This document shows, piece after piece, positions 16,501-25,877 of a stretch of DNA of 36,476 bases. Numbering within the stretch: position 1 is the first letter of the stretch; each line of letters opens with the position of its first letter. The translations under genes were made by a program, and so were the position numbers. Source of the stretch: a virus (lineage: Duplodnaviria > Caudoviricetes); IMG/VR virus record IMGVR_UViG_3300027828_000066, positions 1 to 36,476 of that record, one strand, 5' to 3'. The notes under the pieces were generated by a model that worked only from the letters and a program-made list of their open reading frames with translations, made no database searches and was not told the DNA's origin.

Positions 16501-17595
16501 ATGAAAATCATAAAAGAGATAATGAGAAACCCCGCCGGATCTATTCTGGAAATGATATCAATTTTTGTATCGGTTATATTCCTTACATCCTTATCTGGGA
16601 CGATTACGGGAATAGTTGTTTTAGGGATTACCGGAATTGCCTACGAGATGCTGAAAGTCTGGATGATCATGGAAGTGAAACGCTTTGTGAAAAAAGGCTG
16701 GAAAGTATGGTTCGCGATTCTCTGGAGATCCTTATTTTTAGGATTCCTTATTACGGTAGCTTTGATAGCTTCCCTTTCTTATGCCCTTTCTACAATTGAC
16801 GCCCAGCGTGTAAAGAAAAATACAGAGCGTGAACAGGTTATTTCACAGGAACAGTTGAAAGAAAAAGTGAGACTGGAACGAGATCTGTTCACGGTTAATA
16901 CTGAAATGAATAATGCAGTAGTTGAGCTGGAGCAGTTGGACTCTGAGATTGAAAAGAAATTGGAACAGATAGCTAAACTTCCTCCGGGGTGGATATCTGC
17001 TTCTGATCGTCTGTCAGCCGCCGTGTCTGGTGCCCGTGAGGAAAAACGACCCCTTAATGCAAAAGTGTTAGAACTTACCGTGAGAGCGCAGGAAATACAA
17101 ATGGCAATAGATGTAATTGAATTAGAATTACAGGTCGGATTATCCGAATTGGATTCAAAGTTCGGGGCCGTGGCTTCTGAAGAGTTTATGAGAGTAGCCT
17201 CGATGCTGAAAGTAGACCCGGAACAATTTTTGAAAATATTTATGCTGGCAATTCTTACAGGTGTAGAGCTAGGAATTATAATGCTATTAAAACCTAATGA
17301 ATTACAGGCAGCACGTAAGGCCGTAGAGCGTAAGAAAGTTGAAGCGCTTGACCCTGTACTTTCAGAAATGGATAAGGTAATTGATGCAATGCTCTCCAGA
17401 GGAACAAAAAAACTTCCCGGAGTTGGTACCATTTCTAAGATTTCGGGTGTATCTATACCGAGAGTATCTGCATATAGAGCGGCGTTCATTCAACATGGAT
17501 TTATTAAATGTGGGCAGGGCGCTTCCTCTGCAATATTCGGAAATAAAGAAATGAAGATCCGGGCCAGAAAGGTGCGGGATAAAATAGATTTTTAG
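16501..17595 (+). CDS. Multi-TM membrane protein with long coiled coil and possible C-terminal HTH
   Basis: Three N-terminal hydrophobic segments, a coiled coil of about 130 aa, one more TM, and a C-terminal VGTISKISGVSIPRVS helix-turn-helix-like segment. Confidence 0.65.
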   Translation: MKIIKEIMRNPAGSILEMISIFVSVIFLTSLSGTITGIVVLGITGIAYEMLKVWMIMEVKRFVKKGWKVWFAILWRSLFLGFLITVALIASLSYALSTIDAQRVKKNTEREQVISQEQLKEKVRLERDLFTVNTEMNNAVVELEQLDSEIEKKLEQIAKLPPGWISASDRLSAAVSGAREEKRPLNAKVLELTVRAQEIQMAIDVIELELQVGLSELDSKFGAVASEEFMRVASMLKVDPEQFLKIFMLAILTGVELGIIMLLKPNELQAARKAVERKKVEALDPVLSEMDKVIDAMLSRGTKKLPGVGTISKISGVSIPRVSAYRAAFIQHGFIKCGQGASSAIFGNKEMKIRARKVRDKIDF

Positions 17596-17604
17596 AAGGG
17601 TGTA

Positions 17605-17967
17605 ATGGAAGCTACATGTATTGTTTGTGGTAGAATTGTGGATGTTGGTGATATAAGAGAACGTAAGAATAGATACCGTAATGAAGATTTACGTTGGTTC
17701 ACGTGTTCTTCAGAGTGTTTACACACGCTTCAAGTCTGTGCAACTGCACCGATAACTGATCTGTGGGATTTTCACGGAATACATTGTGGTAATACTGAAG
17801 ATAAGTGCCCGTATTGCGGTGATGTTGATGTTAAGTGGGCTATTCATAATAAGGAAAATAGGGGCGTAGATTGGTCAGTACATTGTAATACTTGTGGTAA
17901 AGAAGAAACGGGATGTAATGATAATTTTGATGTCGGTATTAAATGGAAACAGTGGTTAGGGGAATAA
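17605..17967 (+). CDS. Cys-rich zinc-finger protein
   Basis: CIVC...CSSEC, CPYC...CNTC. Confidence 0.7.
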   Translation: MEATCIVCGRIVDVGDIRERKNRYRNEDLRWFTCSSECLHTLQVCATAPITDLWDFHGIHCGNTEDKCPYCGDVDVKWAIHNKENRGVDWSVHCNTCGKEETGCNDNFDVGIKWKQWLGE

Positions 17968-17989
17968 ACGCCAATAGGAGGCATAATAT

Positions 17990-19018
17990 ATGAAAATAAA
18001 GAAAGCGGAAATTATGAATACTGTTCGCACTTTCGCAGCAGTAGCAAAGTTTTCCGGGGGGGACGATCTAGTGCATTTTGCGCCGGATCGTCTTTCTGTT
18101 AGATCATACCTGATTGATATTGATCAGGTAATACCGGGAATCAATTTCGAGGCAACCGTCTCGGCAAAGTTCTTGCATAACGTTCTACGGGACATGGCAA
18201 ATGGGGACATAGATATCCGGGACACGAAAACTGGAATTAAAATTACAGATGGTGTTCGGAAATCTACTTTGAAAAAGAAAGATGTTTCGGATGATAGTCT
18301 GCTATCTGTAGATTATGACAGTATGCAGGTATTGCCGACGGGATTCTGGAACATTCTGAGTATGAGTGTTTTCAATGGAACCGGGAATAAGGGTATCCAA
18401 TTTCTCGGGAATAATGCCGTGAATAAAACACAAACAGAGATTCTGATTTTCGACGTTGAATCTCCTGTGTTTTACCTAGCAGCGGATCAGGTTAAAATCC
18501 TTCTGGATCTGGGGACAAGTTATGAAACTAAGATCCTGATTGAAGATAACACCTTAAGCTTTTCGGATCTGACTACGACTGTAAGATGTCGAAGGGGCCG
18601 CGTTCCTGCGGGGATTACTTCTGCTGGGTTGGCAAAGTTCAGGGAGAAACTGGTTACAAAAAGTAAACCATTATTCTCTGAGGTTATCCCGGAAAATATT
18701 ACCGGAGCTTTAAAGCATGTTGCCAACTTCGGAGTTGAAGATGAAGAGACTGGAAAAAGTATCGTTCTCTCATTCTCGAAAGGTAACAAGCAGGTGACTC
18801 TATACGGGGAAAATCTGGCGGGATCTTTTGAGGAAACAATCGGAATTGAATACTCTGGAGAATACGACATTTCGGTTTCTCTCTCAATTTCTGTTCTGGC
18901 TTCCCTTGTAGGTAAATCTTTCACTCTGATGGAATCTGATCAAACCGGGTATTACTGGTTAACTTCGGAAGATCCTGATACGGGATTATTGTACATCGGT
19001 GGAGGTAAGAAAAAGTAA
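17990..19018 (+). CDS. Putative sliding clamp (DNA Pol III beta-like)
   Basis: 342 aa, begins MKIKK, three-domain alpha/beta periodicity, C-terminal ...VTLYGEN...FEETI-x-x-EYSG...; next to the polymerase and clamp loader. Confidence 0.6.
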   Translation: MKIKKAEIMNTVRTFAAVAKFSGGDDLVHFAPDRLSVRSYLIDIDQVIPGINFEATVSAKFLHNVLRDMANGDIDIRDTKTGIKITDGVRKSTLKKKDVSDDSLLSVDYDSMQVLPTGFWNILSMSVFNGTGNKGIQFLGNNAVNKTQTEILIFDVESPVFYLAADQVKILLDLGTSYETKILIEDNTLSFSDLTTTVRCRRGRVPAGITSAGLAKFREKLVTKSKPLFSEVIPENITGALKHVANFGVEDEETGKSIVLSFSKGNKQVTLYGENLAGSFEETIGIEYSGEYDISVSLSISVLASLVGKSFTLMESDQTGYYWLTSEDPDTGLLYIGGGKKK

Positions 19019-21672
19019 TGGGATTATTCGGGGAATTTATAGATGTATCAAAAGAGCAGGAAGCAGTTGAAGCAAAACTGGATGAAATAGAAAAGCAGGT
19101 ACGGAACCTGCAAAGACAGCAGGTTTTGACTAATCAATGCGACAAATGTTCTGAAGTAAGAAAGTGTGTTCACAAGGAAAATAGCGCTATGGCGTTGGGC
19201 CTTGGACATAAGAAAATTTTAATAATACAGGGTTCCCCGGATCGTTCTGTAATCGCTACTGGTGATTATACCAGTGGCAGAACTTATGAATATCTGGATC
19301 AGGAATTATCCCGGATGGGGTTGGATCTTGAGCGTGATTGCTGGATAACATACGCATTCAGAACCCCTACGAAGGAAACTATAACCGACGGGAAGATTGC
19401 AGCATGTAGGCCGAAACTCATGTCTACAATAAAACACCTTCAGCCTGAGAAAATCATCCTATTAGGGAAATTACCCATGAAAGGGATTTTGGGCCATAGG
19501 GCGAGTACCAGAGTAAAGCTAGGAGACATGACCCGCTGGTCTGGGTGGGAAATACCTGATCAGGAATTAGGGGCCATGGTGTACCCGATGTACGATCCAT
19601 TTATCGTTCAGATGATGGATAATTATTTATTAGAAAAAGAGAATACAAAAATTCTTAGGAAAGCAATAAAAAGCCCCCGGAGATATAGCAAATATAATTA
19701 CCCTACAGAATGTAGCTACATAGACAATGAAGCCGAAGCGATTCGATGGCTGGAGGAATGTAAGAAATATAGAAAAATTGCATTTGACTATGAGACAACC
19801 GGAATTAAACCACACCGGGAAGGTCAAAGGATTATCTGTTTAGCTGTATCGAATGGCTTATTTTCCTGTGGGTTTAGAATGTACAATTCAAGGGCGTTCA
19901 GATATGCCCTTTATGCTTTGCTCACAGATCCCAAAATAGAGATCATAGCCCACAATAGAAAGTTCGAAGATGAATGGACTCAAGTATTTCTTGGGTATGC
20001 TGCGAACAATTGGGGGAATGATCCAATGCTGGCAGCACATGTAATTGATAACCGGGCCGGGATCACAAGTCTGAAAACACAAGACTATATCAACTTTGGA
20101 CATATGGGATATGACCGCGAATTAGATCCATATATGGAAGCAGTGAAGCCGGGGAATTCAATATACGATTCAAAGGATTCAAATAATTCTTTCAATATGC
20201 TGGAGTACGCCCCCATTGATAAACTGTGTATGTACTGCGCTGAAGATAGTCACTCTACATTCAAATTATCTGAGGTACAGAAACTAGATGTAGATAGGCA
20301 CCGGAGGCGTGGCCTTGATCTGCTAATGTGGTCAACTACTGCATATGTCAGAATGGAGACAGCCGGAGTACATGTCAACATGCAGGAACTTGATTTTGCA
20401 GAGATTAAAGTTGATACATTCATTCAGGATTCAAACAGAGCAATTCAGACTGATCCTGATGTCTTACTCTGGAGACAAAAATCCGGACGTGATTTCGACC
20501 ACGGATCTCCTGCTGATCTGAAAGATTTCATTTATGATTTTATGGGCGAAACTCCTTTCAAGAAAACAGGTACCGGGAACCCCTCTACCGATAAGGAAGT
20601 TCTGGAAGCTCTCGCGAAAGCCGGGAGCTGTAAAGTCTATTCTGCAATATTGGTACACAGAAAATGGACAAAAGTAAAACAGTATATTGACGGGATACGT
20701 CGGGAAGTAGTGGACGGAATCATCCACTGTTTTTTTAATTTGGGAAGTGTTCGGTCTTATCGTACCAGTTCGAATTCCATAAACCTCCAGAATATTCCTA
20801 AGCGTGATGAAGCCGTAACAAAATTACTCCGGGCAGTATTTGTACCGACTCCGGGACATATGTTTATAGAGGCTGACTTTAAAGCATTTGAGGTAACAAT
20901 TTATGCAGCGTACTGCGGGGATGAAATGCTGCTTTCCTATGTCAAAGATCTGAATAAAGATATGCATAGAGATATGGGAGCCTACATCATGAAATTAACA
21001 TGGGCACAAATGCAGGAGATTTTCGGAAAGAAAGGCGCGAAGAAATTCAGACAGGAAACTAAGTCGGGTTTTGTATTCAGTCAGCTGTATGGAGCCGGGG
21101 CCGAAACGTGTGCTCAGTACTTCTGGGATTTCTTCCAGACAGATGAAGGGCAGGTTTACTGGGAGAGTTTCCGGGATAGAACAGGAATTGAAACTTTCTC
21201 TGAATGGCTTGCATGGATTGAACAGGTTGAGGATTATTTCTGGAATGGTCTATTTCCAAAGCTTGGAGAATGGAAAGAAGCCAACTGGAAAAAATATACG
21301 GAGTCTGGAAAGATAAAGTACTTCACAGGATTCTATGCTACGGGAGTCATGGCGAAGACTCAGGCCACTAACTTCCCGGTACAGGGCACTGCATCCAATA
21401 TTAAATTAGCAGTCCTCTCCATGCTCTCAGACAAGCTGGCTAAGGATGGAGCCAAAACAAAGATATTTGCGGAGATCCACGATAGTATAGTTATGGATGC
21501 GCACCCGGATGAATTGGAATATATCTACAGTAGTCTAAGATGGATAGTCGATGTGAAGATCCCGGAAATGTACCCGAGACTTCAAGGCATTCCTCTGTAT
21601 CTGGAAAGATCGGAGGGAGTTGTAGACGGGAGCTGGGCTACTGTAGTTGAAGGTGATGTGATAAATGCATAA
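19018..21672 (+). CDS. Family A DNA polymerase with N-terminal UDG-like and 3'-5' exonuclease domains (SPO1-type architecture)
   Basis: Exo motifs FDYETTG, HN-x-KFE, Y-x-x-x-D; polymerase motifs R-x-SS...NLQNIP, ADFKAFE, RQETK...F...YG, NFPVQGTA, IHDS; N-terminal CxxC...P-x-x-IILLG UDG-like domain. Confidence 0.95.
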   Translation: MGLFGEFIDVSKEQEAVEAKLDEIEKQVRNLQRQQVLTNQCDKCSEVRKCVHKENSAMALGLGHKKILIIQGSPDRSVIATGDYTSGRTYEYLDQELSRMGLDLERDCWITYAFRTPTKETITDGKIAACRPKLMSTIKHLQPEKIILLGKLPMKGILGHRASTRVKLGDMTRWSGWEIPDQELGAMVYPMYDPFIVQMMDNYLLEKENTKILRKAIKSPRRYSKYNYPTECSYIDNEAEAIRWLEECKKYRKIAFDYETTGIKPHREGQRIICLAVSNGLFSCGFRMYNSRAFRYALYALLTDPKIEIIAHNRKFEDEWTQVFLGYAANNWGNDPMLAAHVIDNRAGITSLKTQDYINFGHMGYDRELDPYMEAVKPGNSIYDSKDSNNSFNMLEYAPIDKLCMYCAEDSHSTFKLSEVQKLDVDRHRRRGLDLLMWSTTAYVRMETAGVHVNMQELDFAEIKVDTFIQDSNRAIQTDPDVLLWRQKSGRDFDHGSPADLKDFIYDFMGETPFKKTGTGNPSTDKEVLEALAKAGSCKVYSAILVHRKWTKVKQYIDGIRREVVDGIIHCFFNLGSVRSYRTSSNSINLQNIPKRDEAVTKLLRAVFVPTPGHMFIEADFKAFEVTIYAAYCGDEMLLSYVKDLNKDMHRDMGAYIMKLTWAQMQEIFGKKGAKKFRQETKSGFVFSQLYGAGAETCAQYFWDFFQTDEGQVYWESFRDRTGIETFSEWLAWIEQVEDYFWNGLFPKLGEWKEANWKKYTESGKIKYFTGFYATGVMAKTQATNFPVQGTASNIKLAVLSMLSDKLAKDGAKTKIFAEIHDSIVMDAHPDELEYIYSSLRWIVDVKIPEMYPRLQGIPLYLERSEGVVDGSWATVVEGDVINA

Positions 21673-21684
21673 GGAGGAAAAGGG

Positions 21685-22599
21685 ATGAGCGGATTTGATG
21701 TAATATACAGACCCGGAACTTTGGATGAGGTCTGGGGAAATGAAACAGTAATTGATATTTTGAAAGGGTACTTTGACAAACCGAATCACCCGCACACATT
21801 CCTGTTCTCAGGTGAAGCCGGGTGTGGAAAAACTACCATAGCCAGAGCATGCGGTCATTATCTGGATGTGGGGGAAGTTGTAGAGGTCAATATTGCAAAG
21901 CAGAGGAATATTGACGACGCCCGCAGCTTATTGGATGGGCTGGAGTTCCCTCCAGTAGCTGGGAAAAGATTGTATATTCTGGATGAGTGCCACATGGCAA
22001 ACGGATTCTGGAGCAATTCAATGCTTAAGGCCCTTGAGGAGCCGCCAGAGTGGGCCTATTTCTGTTTATGTACCACGGAGCCAAAGAAGATAATAAAGAC
22101 GATCAGGAAGCGTTGTGAACCCTTTGAAATGGAATTGCTACCAAATAGAGTAGTTAAATATAATTTGATTCAATTGATTAACCGGGTAGGACTTGATGAT
22201 ATTCATGAAGAGCATTTGGATATGGTAGTTGAAGCCGGGGACGGAATCCCCAGAGATACGTTGAAAGCTCTGGAAAGAATGTACCAGACACCTTTGGAAC
22301 AGAGAGATTCCCTGTTCAAAAAAGATGTAGAGAATGAAATTTCGGAAAAGCTTGGAAATGCTCTTCTGAAAAAGAACCTGCAATTGGCACTTAACATAAT
22401 TGAACAGGAAAAGGGGCGGGGTGAAGAGTCCCTGAGAAGAGCTGTTACCGGGTATATGGCTTCTGTCTTCAAGCGGAGTACAGACCCGAACACATTGGGA
22501 AGAGCATACAATATTTTTACAGCGTTCAAGGAACCATTCTATACAAACGGCTGGAACGGTTTAATCTTTGCGTGCGTAGATGCAATACATGGGGGATAA
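21685..22599 (+). CDS. Clamp-loader ATPase (DnaX gamma/tau-like)
   Basis: YRP-x-x-L-x-EV-x-G, Walker A GEAGCGKTT, LDECH, LKALEEPP, TTEP, TI-x-x-RC. Confidence 0.9.
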   Translation: MSGFDVIYRPGTLDEVWGNETVIDILKGYFDKPNHPHTFLFSGEAGCGKTTIARACGHYLDVGEVVEVNIAKQRNIDDARSLLDGLEFPPVAGKRLYILDECHMANGFWSNSMLKALEEPPEWAYFCLCTTEPKKIIKTIRKRCEPFEMELLPNRVVKYNLIQLINRVGLDDIHEEHLDMVVEAGDGIPRDTLKALERMYQTPLEQRDSLFKKDVENEISEKLGNALLKKNLQLALNIIEQEKGRGEESLRRAVTGYMASVFKRSTDPNTLGRAYNIFTAFKEPFYTNGWNGLIFACVDAIHGG

Positions 22600-22600
22600 T

Positions 22601-22915
22601 ATGGAAATTGGAAAAGGTTTTAGTCTAAAAAAAGATGGTGACGGTGTATTACTCATTGAGCAATACGAAGGTAAAAACAAGGATGGTGATCCTAAAATGC
22701 AAGAAAGGCGATACTCTTATGGATGCACCTATCAGGCATTAAACGGATTCCTGAAATATTCCATAGGTAAAGGCCCGGATCTGGACGCCCTGCGGGAAGA
22801 GGTTGCAGATATCCGTAATTCCATTCTAGAATTAGAGGGGGAAATTAAGAACAAGTTTAGAATTGAGGTTCGGGTTTCCGACGGGAAATCCGGGAAGAAA
22901 GCAGGGGGAAAATAA
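22601..22915 (+). CDS. Hypothetical protein
   Basis: ATG 22601 after GGGGGA, one base after the upstream stop. Confidence 0.7.
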   Translation: MEIGKGFSLKKDGDGVLLIEQYEGKNKDGDPKMQERRYSYGCTYQALNGFLKYSIGKGPDLDALREEVADIRNSILELEGEIKNKFRIEVRVSDGKSGKKAGGK

Positions 22916-23256
22916 TGGAATTTGATATCAAGACTATAGGTGAAGCTCACGGCTTATCTGTAACAGAGGTTAAGAGAACAGCGGCTTTATTCATGGGAGT
23001 TGAAAGTGAAATACTCACACATGATGAAGCCCTTCGGCTGGAGAACATTTTGAAGACATGGAAGAAAGGGGCGCATGCTGCGGATTATCTGGGAGTGTCC
23101 CGTCAGCGGTTTGCTGTTCTCGTATCTGAGAATGAAATCCAGAGTAAAAAGTTCGGGCCGAAAACAATATACTGGCGAGTGCGAGATTTGGATCGTTTGA
23201 AGAACAGAAAGCCCGGAAGACCGTGGGAAAAAGAAAAAGATAATAGTGAAAAATAA
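22915..23256 (+). CDS. HTH DNA-binding protein (excisionase/MerR-like HTH)
   Basis: AADYLGVSRQRF...W-x-x-x-DLD...RKPGRP. Confidence 0.7.
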   Translation: MEFDIKTIGEAHGLSVTEVKRTAALFMGVESEILTHDEALRLENILKTWKKGAHAADYLGVSRQRFAVLVSENEIQSKKFGPKTIYWRVRDLDRLKNRKPGRPWEKEKDNSEK

Positions 23257-23311
23257 CTATTGACATAAACCCCTCGCAATGCGATAATTACATTATCAAG
23301 AGTTACAAGGG
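23254..23311 (+). promoter_or_regulatory. Class I promoter with conserved leader, copy 3
   Basis: TTGACA 23260-23265, 17 bp, TGc-GATAAT 23283-23288, ATCAAGAGTTACAAGGG 23295-23311. Confidence 0.9.
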
Positions 23312-23319
23312 GTTTTTTA

Positions 23320-23502
23320 ATGACAAAAGCAGTTGAATATCAATTACGAGTTAAAAAAGATACACATTCGAGAGGCGTTGAAATACGATCCGCTATAGTG
23401 GATGGGGCTGCAATGAAAGCTGTGAAGATACTGGAATCTGAAGGGCTTGTAAAAATCCATTGGGAAAATTGTAATCAAGTTTGTTACAGCAATATATTTT
23501 AA
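23320..23502 (+). CDS. Small hypothetical early protein
   Basis: First ORF after a class I promoter. Confidence 0.65.
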   Translation: MTKAVEYQLRVKKDTHSRGVEIRSAIVDGAAMKAVKILESEGLVKIHWENCNQVCYSNIF

Positions 23503-23532
23503 ATAATCATCAAGAGTCATAGGGAGACAATT

Positions 23533-23982
23533 ATGCAGAAAGCAAAAATCATGGCAGCAAAATATAAGAGGACGTTTCCGAATGTTCCTTTTGAGGATTT
23601 GGAATCACAGGCAATCTTAGAATTTCTTGAAAGAGAAAATCAGGACGAGGCCCTTGCATGGAAAAATGTTGAATGGCGTATGTACGATTATGCCCTTAAG
23701 TTCAATTCCAGTATTATGGATACAAAGGAAGATGCAGCATCATGGGCTATGATATCCATGGACGCCGATACAGCGGGAGTACTTCTGATGGACTGTGAAA
23801 AGAGTTTGACCCCGGAAGCATACAAGGTTGTTCTGGATATTCTCGAATATAGATTTGAGTGTGATAAGCGTTTGACAATGCGTCAGATCAGATTAAAGCT
23901 TATGGCTGCTGGATGGGTTGAAAGAAAGGCCCGTGCCGTTCTAATTGAAATACAGAAATTCTGGAGAGCTTACGCAGCATGA
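23533..23982 (+). CDS. Putative phage sigma factor (minimal sigma70-like)
   Basis: Region 2-like A-x-KY...FEDLESQA-x-L-x-F, then region 4-like SLTPEAY-x-V...LTMRQIR-x-x-L-x-x-x-GW; 149 aa. Confidence 0.55.
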   Translation: MQKAKIMAAKYKRTFPNVPFEDLESQAILEFLERENQDEALAWKNVEWRMYDYALKFNSSIMDTKEDAASWAMISMDADTAGVLLMDCEKSLTPEAYKVVLDILEYRFECDKRLTMRQIRLKLMAAGWVERKARAVLIEIQKFWRAYAA

Positions 23983-24875
23983 ATGTTGTAGGATTTCTCC
24001 AAAAATATAATATCCCTTTTGAGCATTCTGGAAAGAATACAGGCCGGAACTGGGTAGGAGTTAATTGCCCGTTTTGTGGGGATCACGGATTCCATGGAGG
24101 ATTTAATCTGACATCCGGGGGCTGGAGCTGCTGGAAATGTGGACGGATTAAAAAGAGATCTACCCGATCAGCTATTCGTCATTTGACAAACCTGAGTTGG
24201 CCAGAAGTTTCCGAAGTAATGGAAAACTTTTTCAAGGGGTTTGGAAGTACCGGGAAAGTAATCCGACAGGATATAGACAAGAAGCCCTTTAAATTGCCGG
24301 GAAGCCTCCCAATGAAGAGAGTGACCGATAGATACATTTTAAATAGAAACTTTGATACAACGGCGCTGGTGGACAAATATGGGCTATTGTGTGGAGGTTA
24401 CGACGGGGATTATTCCTACAGAGTAATTATCCCTGTTTGGTATTCTGGACAGGTCGTGAGCTTCCAGAGTAGAGATGTTACCAATTCCCAGAAAATACGA
24501 TACAAGGATTGTCCTACTGATCGTGCTATCATCTACCACAAGGAAATTTTATACAATCTGGATAACTGTAAAGAGGATTGGTGTATCGTGGTAGAGGGTG
24601 TATTTGATGTCTGGAGAATTGGAGATAATGCATGTAGTACTTTTGGTACTGGATACACGGAATCGCAGGTAGCTCTATTATCTGATTTATTCGATACGGT
24701 TTTTATCTGGTTCGATCCCGGAGCCAAAGCACAAGCAGCCGCAGAGAGTCTGGGGAACAGCCTTGCAGCGCTGGGAACAGGGGTTCATATTATGACGATC
24801 CACGGAGATGACCCGGCAGACACCGCCCCGGAAATAGTACAGGAAATTATGGATCAGGTAAGATCCGCAAAATAG
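23979..24875 (+). CDS. DNA primase (Zn finger + TOPRIM)
   Basis: CPFC...H...CWKC, RVIIP, FQSR, VVEGVFD, FD...A...DP. Confidence 0.9.
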   Translation: MNVVGFLQKYNIPFEHSGKNTGRNWVGVNCPFCGDHGFHGGFNLTSGGWSCWKCGRIKKRSTRSAIRHLTNLSWPEVSEVMENFFKGFGSTGKVIRQDIDKKPFKLPGSLPMKRVTDRYILNRNFDTTALVDKYGLLCGGYDGDYSYRVIIPVWYSGQVVSFQSRDVTNSQKIRYKDCPTDRAIIYHKEILYNLDNCKEDWCIVVEGVFDVWRIGDNACSTFGTGYTESQVALLSDLFDTVFIWFDPGAKAQAAAESLGNSLAALGTGVHIMTIHGDDPADTAPEIVQEIMDQVRSAK

Positions 24876-24884
24876 GAGATTTTT

Positions 24885-25280
24885 ATGGAAAATAACGATA
24901 TTGTAATTCGTGAGGCAAGTGTACACAAAAGTATAAAAATAGCATTCATAATTTCTTTGATAATGCTGTTATGTTTAATCGCTCTGGTTTTAATTACTCG
25001 ACATGAAACGAAATCGGACATGGATAAATTATACGGAATTGTTCTGCCTGTCTCGCAGCCGCCGGGAATCCCTTTCGAGGAATTCAACGAATATGGTGGA
25101 CAGTTGGAAGTTGGAAATACTAATATGATATACATGGAAATTACAGCATATGACGGGACGCCTCGTTATTTAGTTCGTGTAAATAAAAACAATGTTTTTT
25201 CATATGAAAGGGAATTTCCATCCAGAGAAATGGCAATTAAAACGATGCAGGAATACGAGCTGTATCTAAGGAGCAGATAA
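24885..25280 (+). CDS. Membrane-anchored hypothetical protein
   Basis: AGGAG RBS; one TM (IAFIISLIMLLCLIALVLI). Confidence 0.7.
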   Translation: MENNDIVIREASVHKSIKIAFIISLIMLLCLIALVLITRHETKSDMDKLYGIVLPVSQPPGIPFEEFNEYGGQLEVGNTNMIYMEITAYDGTPRYLVRVNKNNVFSYEREFPSREMAIKTMQEYELYLRSR

Positions 25281-25477
25281 TGCCAGAAGCAACCTGTAAG
25301 AATTGTGGGAAAAAGACGGATCGGAAAGATTTAGATTTGCAGTGGGATAAAGATGGGCGTATGGCCCGCTGTCCTCATTGTAACTTTAAGATGAAATTTC
25401 ACAAACTACCTACCGGGATGAAGATGACCCCGAACGGGCAATTATGGAGGGAAGACCGTGTCAGAGAAAAAAGATGA
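25280..25477 (+). CDS. Small zinc-ribbon protein
   Basis: CKNC...CPHC. Confidence 0.7.
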   Translation: MPEATCKNCGKKTDRKDLDLQWDKDGRMARCPHCNFKMKFHKLPTGMKMTPNGQLWREDRVREKR

Positions 25478-25808
25478 TCGTGATTATGAAGTCGTTCAGT
25501 TAGCCGGGAACCGCGCCGGGGCTGAGAAGTTCGAGAGGAACCTACACAAGAAAGGTTTCAATGATGTTGATATCGGGTATATAATGAACCGTATGGCGCA
25601 GGAAATGCAGGAAGCAGCCGACGCCTATAAAGCTGTAGTTAATCTGAATCTGACAACCAATAGTACGGAAAAGGCCCGGAGGAAATTTGTAAAAGCTATC
25701 AAGGCCCTTCGCTGGGAATTAGCCGATGTTATCAACTTCGGATCTATTGGAGTTTACCAGTTAGATATCCTGATCGAAGTTTTTAAGAAACCGGGGAAAA
25801 AGTTTTAA
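25458..25808 (+). CDS. MazG-like all-alpha nucleotide pyrophosphohydrolase-like protein
   Basis: QEMQE...ELADV-x-NF acidic helix pattern. Confidence 0.5.
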   Translation: MSEKKDDRDYEVVQLAGNRAGAEKFERNLHKKGFNDVDIGYIMNRMAQEMQEAADAYKAVVNLNLTTNSTEKARRKFVKAIKALRWELADVINFGSIGVYQLDILIEVFKKPGKKF

Positions 25809-25810
25809 AA

Positions 25811-25868
25811 TAACTATTGACATAATTTCCTTGTAATGCGATAATTACATTATCAAGAGTTACAAGGG
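25811..25868 (+). promoter_or_regulatory. Class I promoter with conserved leader, copy 4
   Basis: TTGACA 25817-25822, 17 bp, TGc-GATAAT 25840-25845, ATCAAGAGTTACAAGGG 25852-25868. Confidence 0.9.
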
Positions 25869-25877
25869 AGTTATTAA

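Noticed and set aside
16779-17489. 236-aa minus-strand ORF, and the other minus-strand ORFs
   Set aside because: They are antisense shadows of well-supported + strand genes, with Ser/Phe/Ile-biased composition and no recognisable motifs.
19018-21672. Intein or intron in the polymerase or helicases
   Set aside because: Motifs are collinear at normal spacing, and no homing-endonuclease or splice-junction signatures were seen.
22915-23256. Excisionase implying an integration module
   Set aside because: No integrase or att-like site in the window; the HTH is more simply a transcription regulator.
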